The notes below the pieces were generated by a model that searched no databases, was not told the DNA's origin, and saw nothing but the letters and a program-made list of their open reading frames with translations. The translations under genes and the position numbers were made by a program. A DNA stretch of 64,000 nt from Elsinoe ampelina (taxonomy: Eukaryota), in contig ML992503.1 of the NCBI GenBank assembly GCA_010093995.1, positions 2,062,919-2,126,918 on the forward strand, read 5' to 3'. This document shows positions 24,413 to 35,943 of the stretch, one piece after another; position 1 is the stretch's first letter, and each line of letters starts with the position of its first letter.

Positions 24413-25534
24413 CTATGCTTCATATCGCTGCTGCTTGGCCTTCATTTTCTCGCTTCCTCCTTTGATCAGTGTCGACAAGTCACCAACTGCGAGCACTTAG
24501 CAAATACCCTGCGGATCTTCCGCAATGAGACTAACCTGGTAGGGAGAATGGAATATCGGTCGATGCCAGCATGATGGCTGTGAAGATATACCATCCAAGC
24601 ATGCAGACGACAAACGTGCATGCACCTCCCGCGATCTGTAGTTGGAGACCGTAAGCCGTATTACCAAGAGCATTCTGCCAGAATGCCGCTGCGAGCAGAC
24701 CGAATGAGGGGATGAGCATGACAAAGATTCCAAAGAAGACAATGTTGGTCCTAATGCTGACCACAGCATAGATGAGGCAGAGCACCCCCATCCACAGCAG
24801 GAAGAAAGCTATACAATGTCAGATCAATCTTTTGTCGGAGCATCGCGACACATACCAAAGCTGGCATTGAAGCCTGCACTGGTCAATCCATCCGCTGCGT
24901 TGCCAGTGGTTGAGTATGCCCCGTAGGCGTTATAGTACGGTGTCAGAGTCGCACCGTAAGTCAACCAGAAGGCGCCGAAGCTCATGAACACGACACAAGG
25001 AAATGTGTTTCCGAGGAAGAACTATCCATGTTAGCAGCCCCTTGTACGAGAATCACGAACGCCGCGTACCTCGCCAGTGGCGCCGACGACCATCAAGAGA
25101 CCACCGAAGAAGAAATATGCTCCCATGTTGGCGGCTCCGGCACCACCCGCTCCTCGCCAGCCCATCAACATACAGCTCAGGGGAGTCAGAGACAGCAGAA
25201 AACCAACAAGGGCACTTTGGCACGTCAGTACAGTTATGCGAACTCATACTAGCCCAGCTCACATCGGTGTGGGATTCGCAAATGTCTTTCTCAAGTCACC
25301 GGCAACCTTGTTCTGCGGCGACAGGTATATCTTCTCGAACAACTCGGGCGAGATCGAGATGCTGCCAGCCGTGCGGATACGATCTAGAGCTGCACCAGAC
25401 TCCAAGGAGTCATCGAGGTGGTTGTGTCCTTACACCTTCGTTAGCTTCTTTGATGTTTCACTCCAGCACCGCAGCTCACCATAGTCCTTCTCCAAGGTGG
25501 CACCATTGCCATTCGTTCCGTTCGCATGAGCCAT
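24413..25534 (-). CDS. GPR1/FUN34/YaaH family acetate transporter, multi-exon
   Basis: ISPELFEKIYL, FANPTP, GNTFPCVVFMSFGAFW and RTNIVFFGIF motifs. Last exon GDLSTLIKG...YEA*. Confidence 0.87.
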
Positions 25535-27793
25535 TCTGGAGATGCAGCTGGTTTACAATGGCGGGAGGCACAAAGCGGCTGCAACGTGTCGAATTCGAAA
25601 GGCGGGAGTCAAAGTACGAGGCAAAGCGGGCAAACGCTCAAGCAAAGCATGGGGACCTGGACATGTCATATACCTGCTCGACAAGTCTGACGGAAGGCGC
25701 GGCTCTGGGCATCGGACGAGGGTCAGAGGACCGCATTGAGCGAACAAAGAGCTCGAACCATCCACCCATGCGGTCCTCCTGAAGCTCATTGTCTCAGAGC
25801 CCATGACATGAACGCGGGGCGGCGCCTTCAAGCTCCCGGACTTGCGGTTGGCGTTGTGGAACTTGTGGGGAAGCATACCTTATGCTCATCCGTGGTGTCT
25901 GGATCATCGCTGGACGTTTTGTCGACAAACTCTCAGTACCTCCCTGCAGTAGATGATACTCACCGCAATCCGCAAGCACCGCCATCGATGCTTTTTGCAT
26001 GAAGGACAATGCCCACATAGATTTTGCAGCTCTCAAGTGCCACATTGCGGGCCATGATGATCGGACGGGGGGAGAGCGCAAAACCGACGGGAATGCACGA
26101 TTGCATAATGGCAGGCCGGAGACAAGGAATCGATATTGGCCCAAGCACGCGCCAGGACGTCCGGAGCAAGCGCACTAGCTCAAACCAGCCGCAACAGTTT
26201 GGGTGGAGAATGCGGGGAAGGAAGACCGCGGCGAATGATACCGATCCAGACATTCTGCTTTGGTTCAGATCGACGACTCGACCTCACTCCATCGCAGCTC
26301 ACAGGACTTGGATGTCATCATCAAATTAACGGACATGGACGGCAATCTGAATGCCCGAACGCAGAAGTTGTGGAAGGCTCACAAACTCAATGTTCGATTA
26401 GCCATCATGCAGGCCCCTACAGGAAATTTGCAGGCGTCCTTGCGCTACCCTGCCGCATTGAACGTCCCGATCCTTTCCTATTTCACACAAATCGGCATGC
26501 AGAGCATTTGAAACAAACAAAAGCACACGTCGGGCCAATGGCGCGTCCCTGCAGTCTTCCTGTCCGCGTATTTTTCTCAACCCTTCAGTCCGGTCATCAT
26601 TGCTGTCCTTCAATACCAACTATATCCAACAGATACCTGAGAATTCTCGGTGGCATGGAAATGGCCTAAGTCGTTAATTGCTTTATACTTGGCTCCTTCG
26701 TTTGCGTCGCAAGTCACTTGGCTCATCGCTGGTGTATTGCTCCAGTCATACTCCCCTGTCAACATGCATACCGGACACTTCCTGCTTCAAGTGAGGTAGC
26801 AACCACTGGTAGTTCCTTTTAGACTTGACTTAGTGTCAATGTCCATCCGCGAGCGTCCGTACCATCCGTCAAAGTAAAAGTCTAAAGCCTGTCAGCTACT
26901 ATCGGCCCCAGTGAGGAAGCCCTCACCAAGATTACCGTAGACAATACCACACGCCGGCGACGAATATGAGTGTCAAATTAGCTGCCGATTGACAAGCGGT
27001 GCTGTCGGCGACATCTTACCATACACCCACTACGGGTTCCACCTCCGCCGGGTCCCTCACATGGTGATTTTCAACGAGGGTACCCAAAAAGCTTGATTGA
27101 CATCTGATGAACGATCACCCCACGCACGCTAGACGAGTCATAGCCACTCTAGGTGGATGAGAAGCAATTCATCATACCTCGATTATGAGACGGTCACTTC
27201 TACCGAAAGTCAGCCTAGCATGGTACAACACAAAAAGACTCACGCCTGCAACGATCCAACCCCCACCACACCAATCTTCTCAACATGCATGAAACAAGCA
27301 AGGCTGCGGCGTTGACTTTTGGGAGTTTGCTGTAAGGGTGGAAGGTAGCTTCGATTATGCGTAGACGAGCATTATGGTGTCGAGACTTGTACGGTGATGT
27401 TCAGTTTAATGGGCAAGTAAGTCACTATCTCAATTCTTCAACTACTCGGAGAGCTGACACAGTGATCCCGGTCTTCCACCCGGACAGACTGCGTCGATAC
27501 AAGGCCCCTCGTTGTGGTGCATCAAGAACCAGGGGCTCAGCTGTGCATCAATGCGGTGCATCAATGCGGAGCTGTCACCCACCATCAAAAGGCCGCGTTC
27601 TCTTGGGCAGCTCTCCACCTCGCTGATGTGCATCCAGACCGAGGGGTGAGCTGTAGAGCTCTGGTATCCCCGCATTCTATGGCCGATCTGTGGGGTCTAG
27701 ATCGACGTCATCCTCGGAACACCTTCCCACCCTTCCAGTCCTCCATACGAGCAGATTTGCACATGTGTCTTTTACATCTCACACTTGACATTA

Positions 27794-28621
27794 TCACAAC
27801 TCCACCACCATCTCTTCATCAAAGGCATGCGGTAGTCTCTTTACACCCTCCCCTTTCGCCTGGACTTCCAGCTCGCGGGCACCCCATGGAAAGACGTAGC
27901 CTCTCTGGTTCGCCACAACTCTAATGCCGTTCTTGATGAAGTCGGCTGAGAAATGTGTATGTCCGAATATCCAGGTGTGTACTCCAGGCCAGTCTTGATC
28001 AAGGAGGTCGGAAGCGAAAGCACAGTTCCAAGGGTTACCCATGTGTTGGGGAGCAGAAGTGCCTTCCATGCATGGCGCATGATGGGTGACTACCAAGTAT
28101 CTTCGTTTCGAAGCATTCCCGGCATCATGGGTGGAGACTTGTTCTTTAATCCAGGCGAGTTCTTCTTGGTGTACCCGATTATGTTCTTCAGCTGTCCAGC
28201 TACCAATCTTGCTGAAGTCGTTGATTCTCGACTCGACAATAGCTTCACGTCCAGCAGGTATATGTGACCACAAGGTGCAGCCGAGGATAGTCACTTCGGA
28301 GTCAGGATCGTCCCAGCGGGTCCGATGCAGAAGGGTGACCTTCCCGTCCAGCGAAGTCTCCTGACACAGCTTTTGCGACTTTTCGATGACCCATTCGTAG
28401 TCCCCTTCGTAGAATTCGTGGTTGCCGAGGACCAGGAAGACCTGCTTGTATCTGGCGGCTTGTTCCTTCAGGAAGTCCAAGTAGTTTTTGTAGTCAATCA
28501 AGCGGCCGATATCACCGGCGAGGATCAGATAGGGTGCTGTCACGGGGAAGCTGTAGGTGTTGTACTGCTGGCCGATCTCGAGGTGCAAGTCTGATTGCAC
28601 TTGAGCGCGGAATGGCGTCAT
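27794..28621 (-). CDS. Calcineurin-like metallophosphoesterase
   Basis: SDLHLE, LAGDIG, LGNHEFY, VTHHAP and FGHTH motifs; intronless. Confidence 0.88.
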   Translation of the reverse strand: MTPFRAQVQSDLHLEIGQQYNTYSFPVTAPYLILAGDIGRLIDYKNYLDFLKEQAARYKQVFLVLGNHEFYEGDYEWVIEKSQKLCQETSLDGKVTLLHRTRWDDPDSEVTILGCTLWSHIPAGREAIVESRINDFSKIGSWTAEEHNRVHQEELAWIKEQVSTHDAGNASKRRYLVVTHHAPCMEGTSAPQHMGNPWNCAFASDLLDQDWPGVHTWIFGHTHFSADFIKNGIRVVANQRGYVFPWGARELEVQAKGEGVKRLPHAFDEEMVVEL

Positions 28622-29120
28622 CGTATTGTTGGGGATCAATGTCGTTCGGCTGACGAGTTGTAGATGTGATGAGTGCAGTATTTACTATGATCGAATGACT
28701 CCTCCAGATGAATATTGAGTTCATGACGAAGGCGGAAATGTAGAACTTTGTCCAGATCTTACATTAACAGACGGCGGCTACGCGGAATACTAACTGCGTC
28801 TCGACACATGCCGTGCAGCTTCGCACTCGACCTCGCCGCCGGAATTCTGTATACATTTAATGGGGAAGAAGATGTGAACCATGCAAAAAGATCTCTATAT
28901 CCGAGATCTGGAACGTAAACGGCCCTGATCTGCACTGATGGTGGGGTGAAGTGCGGGGCTTCAGAGGGATGAGTTTTTGGACGTCATCAGCATCTCTGGT
29001 TGTATCCATATCTTCGTTTTTGTGTTCTTGAGGGACTCTTCTATCATACCTGTGTCAAAGCGTAGAAAGCAGTTGTCGATTTGTACCTACACTGCGTATC
29101 CGAGAGATTGTATATCAGCC

Positions 29121-30830
29121 ATGGCACCTTCGCTGCCCTTCAAGGTCCGTCCTTACCAACCACTCGTGGACATGATGAAGTCGGACTTTTTCCTGATGCT
29201 CATAACAGCTCAACAACCCAGACATCTTCAAGGACAAATCCCTTGTGAATGGCGAATGGATCGACGCAAAGTCTGGCAAGCGATTCAATGTCATTGGTAT
29301 CACACCTCAGCAATGCATGTTTGACTTATCTGATACTTCTTAGATCCCGGTAGCGGCAAGGCCTGGGCGTCAGCTCCAGACAACACCGCCGAAGATGTCG
29401 ACAGCGCTGTGAAGGCCTCTCATGCAGCATTCCAACAGTTCCGCAAGGTCAATCCTCGCGTGCGAGCGCAGTGCCTTCTGAAATGGGATGCCCTCATTCG
29501 CGAAAACCGGGACGACATCGCCAACATTGTGACTTACGAGACGGGTAAGCCGCTGGCCGAGTCACAAGGCGAGCTGGACTATGCGTTAGGTTTCACCTGG
29601 TGGTTCGCGGGGGAGGCGGAGAGGATCCAAGGAACAGTCCAGGTGCCGGCGATGGCGGGACGGAGGGTGTTCACACTTAAGCAGCCAATCGGTGTGGCTG
29701 TGGCGCTGGTGCCGTGGAACTTTCCCATTGCGTATGCATTGCATATGATCGACGCTTGAGTCTAGCTGACAAGAGATAGCATGATCCTCCGCAAAGCAGG
29801 TGCTGCGCTGGCCGCTGGTTGTACCATGATCGTGAAACCTTCACCGGAAACACCACTGTCCGTTCTGACACTGGCATACCTGGCGGAGAAAGCTGGCTTT
29901 CCAAAAGGAGTCTTTAGCGTATTGACAACCAGTCTTGATAACACACCTGCTTTGAGCGAAGCGTTATGCAAGCACCCGTTGGTCAAGAAGGTCACGTTTA
30001 CAGGCAGTACTCGCGTTGGCAAATTAGTGGCCAAGCTCTGCTCCGACGGCCTTAAGAAAGTCACGCTCGAGCTAGGAGGCAACTGTCCTTTCATCGTGTT
30101 CGACGATGCTGATCTTGAACAAGCGGCTACGGGTGAGTTCGGGAAGATTATAGGAAAACTACTATGCTAATCTGGTATAGCTTTGATGGCACTGAAGTGG
30201 CGTCATGCTGGCCAAGCATGCATCACAGCAAACCGAGTCTATGTCCAGTCAGGAGTTTATCAGAAATTCGCCGAGATCCTGACAGAGAAGACTCGTGCGC
30301 TTGTTGTTGGTCATGGTGCGAAAGATGGAACCACTATGGGTCCGGTGACGACCGAACGTTCTCTCGACAAGGCCCTGGGACAGGTTGAGGATGCCGAGAA
30401 GAATGGAGGCAAAGTCGTCACTGGAGGCAAGAAGCTCCATGGCGTGAACGGCGAGACAGGCTACTTCTTCGAGCCGACACTCATTACTGGCGCAAACAAG
30501 GAGATGCTCATTTACCGAGAAGAGACGTTCGCTCCTGTTCTAGCACTGTTCGAGTTCTCCACCGAAGAGGAAGCCGTCAAGCTCGCCAACGACACAGCTA
30601 TGGGTCTGGCAAGCTATTTCTTCACCAAGAATGTAGATCGCACATGGAGGCTGTACGAGAACCTAGAAGCTGGCATGATCGGCATGAACACTGGCAACAT
30701 GTCGGCCGCGGAAGTTCCTTTCGGGGGAATGAAAGAATCGGGGTATGGAAAGGAAAGTGGAAAGGATGTTGCAGTGGCAGAGTATCTGGTGACGAAGACC
30801 GGTACACTGACATTAGATGGGCACTATTGA
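29121..30830 (+). CDS. UGA2: Succinate-semialdehyde dehydrogenase-like aldehyde dehydrogenase, multi-exon
   Basis: PWNFP, VKPSPETP, FTGSTRVG, LELGGN, GQACITANR, EETFAP and PFGGMKESG motifs. Confidence 0.8.
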
Positions 30831-31031
30831 GATTCATGAAAGATGCTGCAAGATAGCGTGGCTTCGGAAAAGAACGAAAGTGAATCTCCTTTTTCCCCAC
30901 ACAATCTGAGGTGCGCGCGATCTTGAATGACGTCACCCTTTTGATGCAGGAACCATTTTTGACTCCATTCGTCGACCACTTTACGCGAATCTTACACCAC
31001 ATTCACACTATGCGCTTGTACATCTGCGCGA

Positions 31032-34000
31032 ATGCCTCCTCACGTGTCGCGGAAGCGCAACGCTTCTCCTGCACCAATTCCGCCTCCGAAGCGCTCAAGA
31101 ACGACAGGTCGTGGCAGATCCTCAGTCTTTGATGCGGTGGATGCTGGCGCGAGCGGGACAGCTACACTGGATCAGACCAAGGAGTATCTCAACAAACTTG
31201 AGGATAGCGACGAGTCAGATTCCGGAAGCGATGATGACAATGACTTCGAGGATGTACCAGGTCTGAACTCACATGGCGGCGGCGCGAAAGATGAAGCGGG
31301 AGAGGAGGAAGACGAGATGGACTGGGAGAATGCCATCGATGCTGCAAATGAAAATGGAGCACCTACCACTTCCGCCGCCGAGGACATTGATGTCGAAGAT
31401 GTCACAGTCACGCTTGACATGGACGGCAAATACGCCACAGTTGCTGATCGAGCAGCCAGCACTCTCAAGAAGGGCCCATCGAAGCGCGAGCGTCAAGTAC
31501 GAAACGGCACTCACTGCATCCACGTCCAGTCACTGATGTGGCACAACGCTATGCGTAACTCCTGGCTGAATGACAAAGAGTTGCAACATGGTCTCGTCAA
31601 AAGCCTGCCAGAAGGTATCCTCCTTGAGGTGGACAAATGGAAAGACGATATGGGTATGCCCAAAGACGAGACCAGAGTCAAGTTACAGAAGCGAGGCAAG
31701 GGTAAAGGCAACAGACAGGCGAACACAGAGAAACGCGCAGGTCGAGATTGGGATGTGGATGCTGAGAGGCAGGAAAAGGGCGTGGTCAACCTCAGTCGTG
31801 GTGACCCCACATTGCGTCTGCTGAAGATCCTCACGGCGTACTGGCGGAAGCGGTTCACAATCACTGCGCCAGGGATCCGAAAGCTGGGCTACATGCCACT
31901 AAAGCGGCTGACACAAGAGATCAACGCGTGGAAAAAGGATAAGACTGATGTTCAGAAGCACGGAGAACGGATCGACTCTGTCAGTGACTTGAAAAGACTC
32001 GCCAAGTCACTCGAAGGTAGTCGCGACGTCGGCGCTCAGCTATTCACAGCTCTTCTTCGCGGTCTTGGTCTGGAAACACGAATGGTCGCCAACCTTCAGC
32101 CTGCCGGTATCGGCTGGGGTAAGAGTGAGGAAGCAAAGCCGCCAAAGACGGCAGCTGCGGCGAAGAAGGATGCAGAAGTTGACTCGGGCGGCGAAATATC
32201 TGCCATGTCTGCGAAGCAACCAAAGAAGGCCCCTCGCCCTACTAAGACCTCCTTGACCCCGAAGCAGTCAGGCAACGTCAGCTCCAAGAAAGATACTAGG
32301 CAGTCCCCCCGAACTAGCTCGGACAAGGTGATCAATCTGGACAGCGACAGTGAAAGCAGCTTGTCGAGTGCGCCTTCTGACATGGCAGATGATGATTCCG
32401 TGGTCGACATTACCGACACCTTCACCAAGCAACGACCGAATGAGAAGTTTGACAGAGACATGCATTATCCAAACTATTGGTCCGAGGTGTTGTCGCCTAT
32501 CTCGAATACTTGGGTGCCGGTGGATCCTGTGGTACTTTCCACGGTCGCAACTAACGGGGAGCTTCTTGCTACCTTTGAGCCTCGTGGCAAGCGAGCGGAT
32601 CAGGCGAAGCAGGTCATTTGCTATACTGTCGCACATGCATCAGACGGTTCTGCCAAAGATGTCACAGTCCGCTATCTCAAGAAGCACCAGCTGCCTGGCC
32701 GTACAAAGGGCTTCCGCCTGCCAGTCGAGAAGATCAAGGTCTACAACCGAAAGGGCAAAGTCCGCAAGTATGAGGAGTATGACTGGTTCAGGACGGTCAT
32801 GTCTGTATTTGAGCGACCGACTCATCTTCGTACCCCGGCAGACGATCTCGAAGAATCAACAGATCTCAAGCCATTCAAGCCAGACACTGAAAAGCCGAAA
32901 GCCGAAGTCGAGTCACTGCAATGGTATAAACAGTCCGCGGACTTTGTGCTCGAGCGACATCTCCGTCGTGAAGAAGCTATCCCTCCCTGGGCTAAACAGG
33001 TCAAGATGTTCAAGGCGGGCAAAGGGGACAACGCACCAGAAGAACCGGTGTACCGCAGATCAGAAGTGTTGCTGTGCAAGACGGCTGAGTCCTGGCACAA
33101 GGAGGGCAGGGAGATCAAATTTGGGGAACAGCCGATGAAGTTGGTACCAATGCGAGCAGTGACAACCATGAGAAAGAGGGAAATGGAGGAAGTGGAGCGG
33201 GAGACTGGCGAGAAGGCGAAGCAGGGTCTTTTCTCAAGGGATCAGACCGACTGGATCATCCCGCCTCCAATAGGACCAGACAGAGAGATACCCAAGAACG
33301 CTTTCGGCAACATCGACGTATATGTGCCCAGCATGGTACCCAAGGGGGCTGTTCACCTGCCTCTCAAAGGAGCCGCTCGGATTTGCAGAGATCTCAAGAT
33401 CAGTCACGCGGAGGCTGTCACTGGCTTCGAGTTCGGGAAGCGAATGGCCATACCTGTAATCACTGGTGTCGTAGTGCCAGAAGAGCATGAGAAGGAGGTC
33501 CGCCGACTCTGGAGAGAGAAGGAGGCCGAGAAGAAACGTAAAGAGGATGAGAAGCGGACTCAGCTGTGCTTGGGCTTGTGGCGCAAGTTCTTCTCCGGCT
33601 TACGCATCGTCGAGAGGATGAAGAAAGAATATGCGGACAGTGGTAGGGAGGAAGACATCAATCCCTTTGTACGCAAGGCGAAAATGTCTGGCCAGGAACC
33701 GAAGAAAGCTACTAAGAAATCTGCGAGTGCAGATGTCGATGTCGATGCTCTTGGCGGTGGCTTCATGCCAGAAGGTGACGGCACAGGATCTATTGGCGGC
33801 CAGAATGGTGTTGAGGAGGACGAGTCTGACGATGACATGAATCATGAACACATTGACATCGAGGGTGGCGGCTTTATCATGGACGAAGCAGAGACACACG
33901 AGCCAAACGGCAACTCCGAGGAACCCACCAGCGCACCCATCACACCAATGTCGATGCAATCGGCACACATCAAAGAGGACGTGGACAATGACGACCTCGC

Positions 34001-34376
34001 AGGGGGTTTTGAGCGTGAAGGTTTACCGCCGTCAGCAATCAACGAAGTCAGCGCTGCCACAAAAGTTAAGAAGCCAGCCAATGCTAAGAGGGTCGTCAAG
34101 AAGCCTGCCACCACGAACGGTACCGTCAAGCGCAGTGGAAGAGCGTCAGCAGCCAAGGCAAAGACCAAGATGTCCGAGACCGCAGACGTGACTTTGAGCG
34201 AAGACGATGAGGACGATTTGAGCAGTGCGGCGGGTGAAGAAGAGTCAGACTCTCCACCGCCGACCAGGAAGACGAAGGCGACACATCGCGCATCCGCATC
34301 CAAGAGGAAGTCGCCGACCAAGAGTCAGTACTTTGCTGAACCAGGACGAAGACGCAGTGCACGGAATGCAAAGTAG
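31032..34376 (+). CDS. Rad4/XPC family DNA-repair protein
   Basis: 1114 aa. Transglutaminase-like GSRDVGAQLFTALLRGLG, YWSEV and AKDVTVRY; BHD motifs FVLERHLRREE, PKNAFGNID and AVTGFEF. Confidence 0.9.
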   Translation: MPPHVSRKRNASPAPIPPPKRSRTTGRGRSSVFDAVDAGASGTATLDQTKEYLNKLEDSDESDSGSDDDNDFEDVPGLNSHGGGAKDEAGEEEDEMDWENAIDAANENGAPTTSAAEDIDVEDVTVTLDMDGKYATVADRAASTLKKGPSKRERQVRNGTHCIHVQSLMWHNAMRNSWLNDKELQHGLVKSLPEGILLEVDKWKDDMGMPKDETRVKLQKRGKGKGNRQANTEKRAGRDWDVDAERQEKGVVNLSRGDPTLRLLKILTAYWRKRFTITAPGIRKLGYMPLKRLTQEINAWKKDKTDVQKHGERIDSVSDLKRLAKSLEGSRDVGAQLFTALLRGLGLETRMVANLQPAGIGWGKSEEAKPPKTAAAAKKDAEVDSGGEISAMSAKQPKKAPRPTKTSLTPKQSGNVSSKKDTRQSPRTSSDKVINLDSDSESSLSSAPSDMADDDSVVDITDTFTKQRPNEKFDRDMHYPNYWSEVLSPISNTWVPVDPVVLSTVATNGELLATFEPRGKRADQAKQVICYTVAHASDGSAKDVTVRYLKKHQLPGRTKGFRLPVEKIKVYNRKGKVRKYEEYDWFRTVMSVFERPTHLRTPADDLEESTDLKPFKPDTEKPKAEVESLQWYKQSADFVLERHLRREEAIPPWAKQVKMFKAGKGDNAPEEPVYRRSEVLLCKTAESWHKEGREIKFGEQPMKLVPMRAVTTMRKREMEEVERETGEKAKQGLFSRDQTDWIIPPPIGPDREIPKNAFGNIDVYVPSMVPKGAVHLPLKGAARICRDLKISHAEAVTGFEFGKRMAIPVITGVVVPEEHEKEVRRLWREKEAEKKRKEDEKRTQLCLGLWRKFFSGLRIVERMKKEYADSGREEDINPFVRKAKMSGQEPKKATKKSASADVDVDALGGGFMPEGDGTGSIGGQNGVEEDESDDDMNHEHIDIEGGGFIMDEAETHEPNGNSEEPTSAPITPMSMQSAHIKEDVDNDDLAGGFEREGLPPSAINEVSAATKVKKPANAKRVVKKPATTNGTVKRSGRASAAKAKTKMSETADVTLSEDDEDDLSSAAGEEESDSPPPTRKTKATHRASASKRKSPTKSQYFAEPGRRRSARNAK

Positions 34377-35048
34377 AGTAGCATCGGACACTCTCATCAT
34401 GGTCGGTGAGACAGGACGACCATGCCTGGAAGCAGCCTGGTGGTCACATTGGAGAATCAACAATACCCTCTTGCCTTCCCTCGCTTTTGCCTGAACATCC
34501 CAGTTACGCACTCATGCACAATGCACAATAATGCATGCGATGATGACAACAAGCCTCCCAAGCTTTTTCCCCCCACCGATGCCCGGCACACCGGCACAAC
34601 CACACACGGACCCTTTTGGGTCGATCCTCCCAACCCACCAAACTCGTTCTGGCAGCTGCTTCAGTCCATCTCCCTCAGGTGGCGGATCAGTGGTTCGCCT
34701 CACAGCTCACGCCTTGTCTCGTACGTCGGGGGAGGGGGCCTAAAGGTGAGAGATCGTGGTCAAGTGAGCTTGTGCGGGATTTTTCTTGGCTGGCAGTCTT
34801 CTATTCCTGCCTGACTTGCTTTCATACCTTTTTTCCCTTACTCACACCTTGTTCCCTCGGGGTGATATACCTCCTGCTCTCGAGTGCGCCTCTCACGACC
34901 TCGCAAGACCATTGACGTCCTCTCAACCCTCCGCAAGGTCCCTCCTTTAACCGGACATATCCAATCCCTCTTCTTGAACCACCTCTCGGGGCATCTCTTC
35001 CGCGCAACCCAACCATTCGACCGCATTCCGCCATTCCGCCATCCCACC

Positions 35049-35306
35049 ATGTCCCCTACGTTGATCCCCCGCGACGGAGCCTCCAGCGGCGCCAAACTCG
35101 CCATCATCCTCTCCCTGTCGCTGGTCCTCTCGATCCTGCTGATCCTGGCCGTCGGACTGGTCCTGTTGGCGCGTTACTACAAGCGGAAGAGGCTGTTGGG
35201 CGACGAAGGGCATGGGAATATAGAGTACGCGGGGCATCCGGACGGGGTGGATCTCGATGTTCATGTCAAGGGGGATAAGAGTGAGAGGAGTTCGGTGAGG
35301 GTTTAG
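35049..35306 (+). CDS. Small single-pass membrane protein (85 aa), hypothetical
   Basis: ATG in CCACCATG context, one long hydrophobic segment followed by RYYKRKR. Confidence 0.5.
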   Translation: MSPTLIPRDGASSGAKLAIILSLSLVLSILLILAVGLVLLARYYKRKRLLGDEGHGNIEYAGHPDGVDLDVHVKGDKSERSSVRV

Positions 35307-35943
35307 ATTCATGTGGGAAGGGGAGAGGGTGGAAGGGGGATGGGGAGGGAATGTTGCGGAGGGAATGAGTAGGGGCAAAGGGAGTATGGAGGAGGTCAAG
35401 TGCGAATGCAAGGGGTTCACGATGGGGATGGAGTAAAGAGGGAAGAGGGAGAGGTAGCACGGGACAGAGGCATGGCAGGGGGACTGTCGGCATTGGTAGC
35501 CGGGGAATGAGCATAGTCGACGATGTCGTACCATGGTCTGGTATGGTGCATGGATCACGAGCAGGCACAACATGTGGAAAGGTATTGTAGATGCACATTG
35601 CGTGGGAATTGTCAAGGTATATATACGAGCATTATTCTGGACAGGGCTCTTCCTTTGGAATCATTATGAAAGCGTACGAACAGCAAACTCTCAAAACAAC
35701 ATATACTTGGCAATCGCGTGTTGGTATTGAGTGTATCAAGACTAGAACAGAAAAGACAAAGACCCCAAACAAGTCTTCTTTTGAGATCCACCAAAACACC
35801 AGTCGCCATGATCGCTGTAAACACCATCGTCAGCAGAAGCGTAAGCAAACCAGCCACCGGTTCCTTCATCCCATCATACCAAGGTCCAAACTTCGTCGAC
35901 AAGTGTAGCGCAAACCAGTGATCTTTGCCACCAAATCTTTCTC

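Noticed and set aside
27543..27568. Tandem duplication GTGCATCAATGCG x2
   Set aside because: Only two units and no spacers; a simple slippage duplication, not an array or CRISPR.
25540..27790. Long gene-free stretch as a hidden gene or ncRNA
   Set aside because: I found no convincing ORF, snoRNA box pair or structure by eye. It is most simply the extended promoter of the GPR1/FUN34 gene.
28940..28960. Paired CreA-like SYGGRG sites upstream of the aldehyde dehydrogenase
   Set aside because: The degenerate hexamer is too common to support a call from sequence alone.
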